A stretch of 37,079 nt of DNA from a candidate division FCPU426 bacterium. Lineage in GTDB: Bacteria; Oederibacteriota; JAAXVQ01; JAUVAV01. Position 1 is the first letter of the stretch. Each line of letters begins with the position of its first letter. Location of the stretch: positions 1 to 37,079 of the forward strand of contig JAFGIQ010000148.1 in NCBI GenBank assembly GCA_016929575.1. Reading direction: 5' to 3'. Shown one piece after another: positions 8,031 through 15,728 of the stretch. The notes under the pieces were generated by a model. That model worked only from the letters and a program-made list of their open reading frames with translations, did not search any database and was not told the DNA's origin. A program made the translations under genes and the position numbers.

Positions 8031-9428
8031 TTAAGGAATGTAGGTAAAGCTGTATACACTGCGGTCATCAGAACCAACGACCAACAAGGATTCGGCAATG
8101 ATCGGCGAAGAATTGATCGCATCCCCGGCCGAATAACTCCACTTCTCCTTGCCGTCGTTGGCACGCAAGGCGTATACCGTCTGCCCCGCGCCAATATAGA
8201 CAATACCGTTAAACTCCACGGGCGAGGAAAGCACCGAACCCTTCAGTTTTACTTTCCAGCGGATCCCGCCGGTCTGGCTGTTGACCGCATAGAGGTTTTT
8301 ATCCTTGGAACCGACGTAGAGATATTTCCCGGCCAGGCAGGGCGACGAGGACACCCATCCTTGGGTGGCGCATTTCCAGGCAATTTCACCATTATCCAGA
8401 TTCAAGGCATAGACGCTTTTGTCATCAGAACCGAAGAACACTTTGTCATCACCCACCGCGGCCGAAGAGAATATCTGCCTTTCGGATTTAAATTTCCATT
8501 TTTCTTCCCCGCTGGCTGCATTCAGCGCAAAGAAAGTCCCCCCCAGGGTTCCGATATAAATGATCCCGGATTTAATTTTGGGGCTGGCAGCCACCGGGCC
8601 ATCCAGGGCCTTCTTCCACAGCAAGGCGCCGTTGCCGGCATTATAAGCATACAAGGCGCCGTCCATGGCGCCGATAACCGCCACTCCTCCCACCACTGCC
8701 GGACTGGAAAAACTGATGGCACCGCCGGTCATGGCGCGCCATAAAAGATCCCCCGATTTTGCGGCCAAACAGTACAAATAGGAGTCCTGGGAGCCGATAT
8801 ATACTTTACCCGCTACAATGGAGGGCGAGGACGAAATCGGACCGCCGGTGGCCTTTTCCCATATCTGCCGCCCTTCCTTAGCGGAGATGGCATATATTTT
8901 CCCGTCACCCGAACCGATATAGACAACGCCACCCACCAATGCAGGCGAACTATCGACTTTTTCACCGGTGCGGTGTTTCCATTGCAAATCCAGGGGCGGG
9001 GTGATGGGGGTCCCGGAGGCCGGTTGGCTCTCTGCATTTTGTCGAAACATGGCCCAGCCTGTGGCTTTGGCCGAAGAGATAACCTGAGGGGCTGCCGCCT
9101 TCTCAGGCTGGGCGGCAACCGGTGCGGCTTGTATTTTTTCCTCAACCGCCGCTATCTGTTTCTTTATTTTTTCCACCTGCTTTTGTGAGGTGCGGCCTCC
9201 TGACTGCCTGGCATCAACCAAGGCCCGGCGCAGTTCCTCCAGCTTTTGTTGCTGTTCTGCGATAATCCGCTGTTGTTCGGCGGCTTTTTGCTGCGTTTGG
9301 GCGTTTCCCGAAACATTAAACTGGATCTTAATCTCTTTCTCTTTGCTCGGTTTGCCGCATCCCAGACCCAGTCCCAAAATGACTGGAATGCATACCAGTG
9401 AAAGCACGGCTCCTCTGCGTATGGTCAT
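8031..9428 (-). CDS. Secreted (probably lipid-anchored) PQQ/BamB-like 8-bladed beta-propeller protein with an N-terminal Gln-rich coiled coil
   Basis: The ORF track gives 8031-9455. I prefer the ATG at 9428, which has GGAGG at 9439-9443. That start gives MTIRRGAVLSLVCIPVILGLGLGC, a signal-peptide-like N-terminus with Cys directly after the hydrophobic core. Eight repeats are visible of the type VYIGSGDGKIYAI...G...W. Confidence 0.85.
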   Translation of the reverse strand: MTIRRGAVLSLVCIPVILGLGLGCGKPSKEKEIKIQFNVSGNAQTQQKAAEQQRIIAEQQQKLEELRRALVDARQSGGRTSQKQVEKIKKQIAAVEEKIQAAPVAAQPEKAAAPQVISSAKATGWAMFRQNAESQPASGTPITPPLDLQWKHRTGEKVDSSPALVGGVVYIGSGDGKIYAISAKEGRQIWEKATGGPISSSPSIVAGKVYIGSQDSYLYCLAAKSGDLLWRAMTGGAISFSSPAVVGGVAVIGAMDGALYAYNAGNGALLWKKALDGPVAASPKIKSGIIYIGTLGGTFFALNAASGEEKWKFKSERQIFSSAAVGDDKVFFGSDDKSVYALNLDNGEIAWKCATQGWVSSSPCLAGKYLYVGSKDKNLYAVNSQTGGIRWKVKLKGSVLSSPVEFNGIVYIGAGQTVYALRANDGKEKWSYSAGDAINSSPIIAESLLVVGSDDRSVYSFTYIP

Positions 9429-9477
9429 TTTGTCGTAGCCTCCAAAAATAAACATATTATCCCATTATTTTCATCAA

Positions 9478-9507
9478 ATTCTAGCATGTGTTAATTTGAT
9501 ATGTCAA
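9478..9507 (-). promoter_or_regulatory. Near-consensus sigma70-type promoter of the propeller/receptor/J/Hsp70 operon
   Basis: On the minus strand the sequence reads TTGACA (9502-9507), an 18-nt spacer, then TAGAAT (9478-9483). It sits in the 108-nt gap downstream of the smc stop, about 45 nt upstream of the preferred ATG at 9428. Confidence 0.6.
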
Positions 9508-9563
9508 TCTTACTTTATATATTTCGTCACATTATTGCCAGGAAGGGAGTCGCCGGCGGGCGG

Positions 9564-12500
9564 TTAATTCAAGGAAACTTCCTCAGTCATGGCTGTAACC
9601 GGTTGAATGGATTTTTCTTTTCCCTGGTCTTTGAATTTCACGGAAATCAGACTGGATACGCCTGATTCCTGCATGGTCACGCCGTAGAGCACATCCGCTG
9701 TTTCCATCGTGATTTTATTGTGGGTAATGATAATAAACTGCGACCGTTGGGCAAATTCCCTGAGAATGCGTCCAAAACGCAAAGTATTGGTATCATCCAA
9801 AGGAGCGTCCATCTCGTCAAAAATGCAAAACGGGCTTGGTTTGATCAGGAAGATGGCAAACAGCAGGGCAATGGCGGTCAAGGCCTTTTCCCCGCCGGAC
9901 AACAAAGAGATGTTTTGCAGGCGTTTTCCGGGAGGCCGGGCAATGATTTCTATTCCGGTTTCCAGCAGATTGGTCTCATCCACCAGGATCAGGTCGGCTT
10001 CTCCGCCTTTAAACAGCCGGCGGAAAACCTCCTTGAATTTTTCCCTCACTTGCACAAACGTAGCAGCAAACCGCTCACGGCTTTCGTGGTTGATTTTTAT
10101 GATCAAACGCTGCAGGTTTTCCTTGGCATCCCTTAAATCCCCCAACTGTTGGGATAAAAATGCGTGGCGTTGTTCGAGCTCGTCGTATTCCTCCATGGCC
10201 ACCAAATTGACCGAACCCATGGAATTGATTTTATCCTTCAAGGCCTTGATCTTGGCCTCTGTCTCTTCCGGTGCTGCCGCCGCTTCCGCCTCTATGCCCT
10301 CCTCGGCGGCAGGTTCCTCATCCTTTTCCATGGTTAAATCCAGCTTGTATTCTTCCACCAGATAGGATTCGAGGGACTTTAAGTTCATGCGCACTTTGGT
10401 TTTTTCCAGTTCCAATTGATGCAATTCCAGTTTGTTGTCGTCCAGCCGCTGTTGCATTTGCCTCAGGGTTTTATCCTGTGCCTGTTTCCGGGTGATCAGT
10501 TCCTCCCGCTGCTGACGCAGGTTTGCAACTTGGCCTTCCTGGTTTTGTTTTTGTCCGTGCAGCCGTTCCTGCAGCGACTGTTTTTCCTTCACTTGATAAT
10601 CCAAGTCGGCCAGACGTTCCTGGTCGCGTTTGCCCGTGGCGATCTTCTCGGCCTTTTGTGCGGCCAACTCTTGTATCTCGGACATGACCCGCCCGGCCTC
10701 TGCGCTTAATCCGCTTAATTGCTGTTCGAGGGAGGCTGAATGCACGCGCAGCTCGCCGGCCCGCAGGGACCGCTCATCATACTCCCCGCGCATGGCCTCG
10801 ATATCACTTTGATGGTTGGTGAGTTCCTCCTGGGTCCGCCGGTCCGTCAATTCCAGGTCCCTTAATTGTTGGACGGTCCGGTCGTATTCCGCCAATGCCA
10901 GCCGCAGCATATCCTGCACTTGGGCATGCTCTCCCTGCGCGGCTGCGGTCTGCCTTTGCATTTCATCGTGCTGCGCATGAACCCGCTCCAGGGATTTCTC
11001 CGTTTGGGCAGCTTTGATATCCAGCTCGTGCAATTGCGCATTCACTGTCTCCAAACCGCCGCTGGTCGACTCCAGACGCCTGATCGTATCCGCCTGCTCT
11101 TGCTGGGTTTGGGCCAGATTCTTTTCCAGAATGCCGCATTCGGCTTTCAATTCTTCAATTTCACGTTCGCGGCCTAAAAGGCCCTTTTCCATGATGTCCT
11201 GACTGCCGCCGGTCAGCCAGTGCTCGGCTGTCTGTATTTCGCCCTGCAGGGTGACCAGGGTGCAGCGGGCGCCTGCCCGGCGCGCCTGTTCCAAAGCCGC
11301 CAAATCCTGGACAATGGCCACCGGCGCCAACAGCCGATCAATGATCCCGCGGAAACGTTCGTCCACGCGGACCAAATCCTTGGCCCACCCGCAGGTGCCG
11401 GGCGCATACAGCCAGGATGCGGTCGTGGGATTTTCAACCCCGGGCATTTCCGCCTCCGGGCCGGCGAAGCAATCCAGCGGAATGAATGTTGCCCGCCCCC
11501 TGTTTCCTTCTTGCAGGAAGGCCATGGCCTGCAGGGCATCCTCCTGTGTTTGCACCAGGATATATTGCAGCCGGTGCCCCAGCATGGCCTCAAAGGCGAA
11601 CTCGTATTTTTGCTCTGTGCGGATGAAATTGGCCAACGGACCGACCAGGCCCGGAAACCGTTCCGGCTGGGCATTGTGCGCCAGTAAAACGGTTTTCGCC
11701 CCCAGTTCATAGCCGTCCAGACCGTTTTTCAGTTCTTCAATCCAGGTCAATCGTGAAGTCAGCTGTGTGATGGTCTTGTTGAAACTCTCCAACATGGAAT
11801 TCAAGGTTTTTAAAACCTGTTCCAGGCGTTCTTTCTCCGTACCCAATTGGGTTTGTTCCGCCCTGAGGGTGTGCAGGGAGTCGGCGATAAAACGGTTTTC
11901 ATGCTCCAGGCCGTCCTTTTCCTGTTGTACTTCCCGGCTCTGGTCCAACAGATTCTCCAGTTGCAACTCCAGCTTGGCCCTCCGTTGTTCCTGTTCTCCG
12001 CGCCGGATTTCCAGATTTTTAAGGGTGCCGCGCAACGTTGACATTTGATCCACAAGCTCCAGCAGGCGGTTCTGCTGGTCCTGGATGAAAGCGGCTTTTT
12101 CCTTCAATCCCCTTTCCAGTGCATTGAGCCGCTCTTCTTCCTGGAGCAGCGCCTGCCGGCAATTTTCGAGCTCGCGCTCCTTCTGCCCGCAGGCTTCGAG
12201 GGCGCCGGCATTTTGCTGGCGCAACTGGCTTTCCTTGTTGTCCAGCGCGGCCAATTCAGTGTCCAGCCTGGCCAGGCTGATCAGCAGGTCATTTTTCCTC
12301 AACTCGGACGACGAGATGAAATTTTCAGCCGTGATGATTTCCTCATGGAGTGCATGGACTTCATCTTTGGCCTGGGCCAGACCGGCTTCAGCCGTTTCCA
12401 GCTCCTGGGCCAAGGCCAGGAGATTCTGCTCATAGCTGCGGCGGTCGGCTTCATTCTCTTCTATGCAGGCCTGGCGTGCTTCCCATTCCTGCTCGATCTT

Positions 12501-13226
12501 CCTCAAATGGCGCCGCCTTTCCTTGAGGTCGCGGCGTCCCTGCGTCACTTCCAGGGTGGTCAGTTCCTGTTTGAGCGCCTGATAGCGGCGTGCTTTTTGC
12601 ACCTGGCGTTCCAAGGAGTTGATCTGCCGGCGCACTTCAACGGCGATGTCGTTGACGCGCAAATAATTCTGCTCAGCCGCTTCCAGTTTGCGCAGGGATT
12701 CGTCCTTGCGGGCCTTGTATTTGGAAATCCCCGCCGCCTCTTCAAAGACAAATCTCCGGTCCGCGGGTTTGGTGGAAATGATCAGATCGATCTTTCCCTG
12801 TTCCAGAATGGAATAGGAATTGGTGCCAATGCCGGTATCCATAAACAAATCATGGATATCGCGCAAACGGCAAGGCGCTTTATTGATGAGGTATTCACTT
12901 TCTCCTGATCTGAAATTGCGGCGGGTGATCGTTATTTCTTCATGCGCGCTTTTCAGCTGTTTATCGTGGTTGTCGATAATCAGGGAAACTTCGGCCATGC
13001 CAACGGCCTTGCGCTGGTCAGTCCCGTTGAAAATAACATCCTCCATCCGTGTGCCGCGCAATGACTTTGCGCTTTGTTCTCCCAGGACCCAGCGGATGGA
13101 GTCTACAATATTGGATTTGCCGCATCCATTTGGACCTATAATGGCGGTAATCCCAGCCTCAAAATCAAGAGCTGTGGAATCTACAAATGACTTAAACCCT
13201 TGCATTTCCAGACGTTTAAAATGCAC
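9564..13226 (-). CDS. smc: Chromosome partition protein SMC
   Basis: 1220-aa ORF with a GTG start at 13226 and GGGGGAAG upstream. The N-terminus reads HFKRLEMQGFKSF...GPNGCGKSNIVDSIRWVLGEQS. Long coiled-coil arms with a hinge follow. The C-terminal signature is LSGGEKALTAIALLFAIF, with Walker B FCIFDEMDAPLDD. Confidence 0.95.
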   Translation of the reverse strand: MHFKRLEMQGFKSFVDSTALDFEAGITAIIGPNGCGKSNIVDSIRWVLGEQSAKSLRGTRMEDVIFNGTDQRKAVGMAEVSLIIDNHDKQLKSAHEEITITRRNFRSGESEYLINKAPCRLRDIHDLFMDTGIGTNSYSILEQGKIDLIISTKPADRRFVFEEAAGISKYKARKDESLRKLEAAEQNYLRVNDIAVEVRRQINSLERQVQKARRYQALKQELTTLEVTQGRRDLKERRRHLRKIEQEWEARQACIEENEADRRSYEQNLLALAQELETAEAGLAQAKDEVHALHEEIITAENFISSSELRKNDLLISLARLDTELAALDNKESQLRQQNAGALEACGQKERELENCRQALLQEEERLNALERGLKEKAAFIQDQQNRLLELVDQMSTLRGTLKNLEIRRGEQEQRRAKLELQLENLLDQSREVQQEKDGLEHENRFIADSLHTLRAEQTQLGTEKERLEQVLKTLNSMLESFNKTITQLTSRLTWIEELKNGLDGYELGAKTVLLAHNAQPERFPGLVGPLANFIRTEQKYEFAFEAMLGHRLQYILVQTQEDALQAMAFLQEGNRGRATFIPLDCFAGPEAEMPGVENPTTASWLYAPGTCGWAKDLVRVDERFRGIIDRLLAPVAIVQDLAALEQARRAGARCTLVTLQGEIQTAEHWLTGGSQDIMEKGLLGREREIEELKAECGILEKNLAQTQQEQADTIRRLESTSGGLETVNAQLHELDIKAAQTEKSLERVHAQHDEMQRQTAAAQGEHAQVQDMLRLALAEYDRTVQQLRDLELTDRRTQEELTNHQSDIEAMRGEYDERSLRAGELRVHSASLEQQLSGLSAEAGRVMSEIQELAAQKAEKIATGKRDQERLADLDYQVKEKQSLQERLHGQKQNQEGQVANLRQQREELITRKQAQDKTLRQMQQRLDDNKLELHQLELEKTKVRMNLKSLESYLVEEYKLDLTMEKDEEPAAEEGIEAEAAAAPEETEAKIKALKDKINSMGSVNLVAMEEYDELEQRHAFLSQQLGDLRDAKENLQRLIIKINHESRERFAATFVQVREKFKEVFRRLFKGGEADLILVDETNLLETGIEIIARPPGKRLQNISLLSGGEKALTAIALLFAIFLIKPSPFCIFDEMDAPLDDTNTLRFGRILREFAQRSQFIIITHNKITMETADVLYGVTMQESGVSSLISVKFKDQGKEKSIQPVTAMTEEVSLN

Positions 13227-13274
13227 TTTGTGCTTCCCCCTGCGAAATCTGTCTGACCACTATATATTGTGGTG

Positions 13275-13303
13275 ACTATACTATTTTATTTTTATGCTGT
13301 CAA
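13275..13303 (-). promoter_or_regulatory. Near-consensus sigma70-type promoter for smc
   Basis: On the minus strand the sequence reads TTGACA (13298-13303), a 17-nt spacer, then TATAGT (13275-13280), about 45 nt upstream of the smc GTG. Confidence 0.55.
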
Positions 13304-13335
13304 GCGCAGAAAAACAAAAAAACACAAAATTTTGT

Positions 13336-13364
13336 TTGCCGGCATATTTTAAATACTATATAAT
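13336..13364 (+). promoter_or_regulatory. Candidate sigma70-type promoter for the divergent small outer-membrane protein gene
   Basis: On the plus strand the sequence reads TTGCCG (13336-13341), a 17-nt spacer, then TATAAT (13359-13364), about 40 nt upstream of the ATG at 13405, in an AT-rich divergent intergenic region. Confidence 0.45.
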
Positions 13365-13404
13365 GGATATGTGCTTAATTATCACTTAAAAGGGCGGACA
13401 CAAT

Positions 13405-14040
13405 ATGTTGATATGCAATTTTTCGAGTTTTTTGCATAAATTATGTTACACATTCCTCGGCTTTCACCTTTTCTTCCTCTTTACCTTCACTTTTTGTTTT
13501 TTGCAGCCCAGGAATACGGAGGCCGAGCCCCTAAAAAATCAGGTTTTATTCAATCCTATGGCTTTGGCAGGTAAAAACATATCCTTGGAATATGAAAGAG
13601 CCTTCACCTCCAGTATGGGGCTTGCCATCCGTTCCAATATTGTCTCGGATTGGGAATGGAAAGGCGGCAAGAATGAAAACGAGGCTGGCGACGACTATGA
13701 TTGGATTTATTCGGTGGATGGTTACGGGGCAGGACTGTCAGCCAGGTTTTATCCCTGGGGCAAAGCCCCTGAAGGCTTTCATATCGGCCCGCGTTGTGAT
13801 TACATCTCTTTTTATGGAACTTATGAAGACCGCGCCCGTAACCGTGAAACCGTGGACACTTCAATGACACTGGGAACAGCCCATTTCGAAATCGGGTATA
13901 AAGATGTACTCGGCGGCTTTTTAGTGATGGGCACCTTTGTCGATTTTGGTTATGCTTTTGCCCGGTCGGTGGATGCCTCCTCGTTATTGGCGCTGACGTA
14001 TATCTTTGGCGGCGGCATTTATATTGGGGCAGCCTTTTAG
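13405..14040 (+). CDS. Small hypothetical outer-membrane beta-barrel-like protein
   Basis: 211-aa ORF and the only confident plus-strand gene. It has a hydrophobic N-terminal leader, alternating hydrophobic and Gly/aromatic-rich strands (GTAHFEIGYKDVLGGFLVMGTFVDFGYAF), and a C-terminal ...GGGIYIGAAF ending in Phe, as in many OMP barrels. No specific family was recognised. Confidence 0.6.
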   Translation: MLICNFSSFLHKLCYTFLGFHLFFLFTFTFCFLQPRNTEAEPLKNQVLFNPMALAGKNISLEYERAFTSSMGLAIRSNIVSDWEWKGGKNENEAGDDYDWIYSVDGYGAGLSARFYPWGKAPEGFHIGPRCDYISFYGTYEDRARNRETVDTSMTLGTAHFEIGYKDVLGGFLVMGTFVDFGYAFARSVDASSLLALTYIFGGGIYIGAAF

Positions 14041-14077
14041 CGCTTTCCACAAGCCGGTCATCAGCCGGCAAGGCGGT

Positions 14078-14902
14078 TTACACCGCAACCAGCGCTATTT
14101 TATAGGCATTAGCCCTGGCAATGGTCTTGTCCTTTTGAATAAAGAGCGTTTTACCGGCATCGAAAGCCAAAACCGCGGCTTTCGCCTTCCGCATTGCGTC
14201 TATGGTGTGCGGGCCGATGACAGGAGTGTCAAAACGGTAGTCCTGATGCGGTTTTACCACCTTCACCACGACCGCCCCGCCTCTGGTCAATTCTCCGCTG
14301 CGTAAAATACAGGCATCTGTTCCTTCCATGGCTTCCACGGCCACCACCGCCTTATCCCTGACGACTACGGTCTGACCGATGTCCGCCTCGGCCACATGTT
14401 TGGCTAAACGGTAACCAAAATGGATGTCGGCTTTCTCCTTGGGAGTGGGGCGCCTTTTGGTCAACACACCCCTCTGGGGAAGGTGGTCCGTCAAATAAGG
14501 CAAAGGGGCGACAAGTTTGATCCCCGCCTTCCCCAGTTTTTCCGCCACTGCCCTGAGAATGGTATCAGCGCGTTTATCCTTCACGCCGGCTAAAAGCGCC
14601 ACAGCCTTCAGATCCAGCTTGATATTGGCGAAAAGCTGTTTGTGCCTGATCATGCCGGCCATGACGGCCTCCCCGGCTCCGGCGGATTTAAAAATGCTGA
14701 TCATCTTTCCCAATTGGCCTATGCTGATCCAGTGGATGTCGTCAACGTGTTGCTCAAGGTCCTTATAGGTCTCACCCGGAAAAGCCACGGCCACCACCTG
14801 CCTGCCCTGGGCTTTCAGCGCCCTGGCCACCAAGTGGGGGAATTCACCCCAGCCGGCAATCAGGCCGCATACATTGTCTGGTTTTTTATTTGGCAATGCC
14901 AC
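14078..14902 (-). CDS. lpxI: UDP-2,3-diacylglucosamine hydrolase LpxI (DUF1009 family)
   Basis: 274-aa ORF overlapping the lpxA stop by 17 nt. The LpxI-like pattern is GLIAGWGEFP..., ...DIGQTVVV.DKAVVAVEAMEGTDACILR..., VVKVVKPHQDYRFDTPVIGPHTI. Confidence 0.85.
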   Translation of the reverse strand: MALPNKKPDNVCGLIAGWGEFPHLVARALKAQGRQVVAVAFPGETYKDLEQHVDDIHWISIGQLGKMISIFKSAGAGEAVMAGMIRHKQLFANIKLDLKAVALLAGVKDKRADTILRAVAEKLGKAGIKLVAPLPYLTDHLPQRGVLTKRRPTPKEKADIHFGYRLAKHVAEADIGQTVVVRDKAVVAVEAMEGTDACILRSGELTRGGAVVVKVVKPHQDYRFDTPVIGPHTIDAMRKAKAAVLAFDAGKTLFIQKDKTIARANAYKIALVAV

Positions 14903-15662
14903 GTTCGGATTCCTTGATGAATTGAACCATCATTTCGACTTCAGGGTGTCCCTTGGCCTCCTCCTCGAGTTTTACCAGGGCCTGGGAAATATTCATTTTT
15001 GATCGGTACAACAGGCGGTAGGCTTTTTCAATAACGGCGATTTGCTCCGGGGTGAATCCCTTCCGTTCCAAACCTACTTTGTTGATGCCGGCGATGCGCA
15101 AGGGCGAATCAGCACACATGATATACGGCGGCACGTCCTTGGGCACCCGTGAGTGGCCGCCAATAATGGCATAAGAGCCTATGCGTACGTATTGATGAAT
15201 GGCGACCAGCCCGCCGATATTGGCATGGTCCATCACGGTAACATGCCCGGCCATGGCCAGGGCATTGGCCAGTATGTTGTTATCGCCAATCCGGCAGTCA
15301 TGTGCCACATGGGCGTAAGCCATGATCAAGTTGTTGCTCCCTACCACCGTGCATTTATCCTGGCCGGTGGCGCGATTGAGGGTGGCATATTCCCGGATGG
15401 TGTTTTTATCGCCAATTTTTAAAAAGGATCTTTCTCCCTTGTATTTCAAATCCTGGCATTCCGATCCGACAATGGCGCCGGTAAAAATCCTGTTTTCCCT
15501 GCCCATGGTCGTCCACTTGTCAACCAGGGCGTAAGGCCCGATCTTGGTACGGTCGCCGATTTGCACCTCCTCCCCGATAATGGCACCGGGGCCGACTTCA
15601 ACATCCTCTCCCAACTGCGCCCGGGGATGCACGATTGCCGTCGGATGTATGGTTACAGCCAC
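14886..15662 (-). CDS. lpxA: Acyl-ACP:UDP-GlcNAc O-acyltransferase LpxA
   Basis: 258-aa ORF with a GTG start and AGGAGG 8 nt upstream. The left-handed hexapeptide repeats read IHPTAIVHPRAQLGEDVEVGPGAIIGEEVQIGDRT.... The C-terminal helical domain reads GLERKGFTPEQIAVIEKAYRLLYRS. Confidence 0.93.
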   Translation of the reverse strand: MAVTIHPTAIVHPRAQLGEDVEVGPGAIIGEEVQIGDRTKIGPYALVDKWTTMGRENRIFTGAIVGSECQDLKYKGERSFLKIGDKNTIREYATLNRATGQDKCTVVGSNNLIMAYAHVAHDCRIGDNNILANALAMAGHVTVMDHANIGGLVAIHQYVRIGSYAIIGGHSRVPKDVPPYIMCADSPLRIAGINKVGLERKGFTPEQIAVIEKAYRLLYRSKMNISQALVKLEEEAKGHPEVEMMVQFIKESERGIAK

Positions 15663-15728
15663 AATGAACCCTCCTTTAAACCTCCCGCCGTTTTTAGGCG
15701 GCCAGCGGTCGACAACGTTTGTTTTTGT

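Noticed and set aside
14053-14069. Bidirectional terminator between the convergent small OMP gene and lpxI
   Set aside because: There is only a 5-bp stem (GCCGG/CCGGC) and no U-tract on either strand, which is too weak to call.
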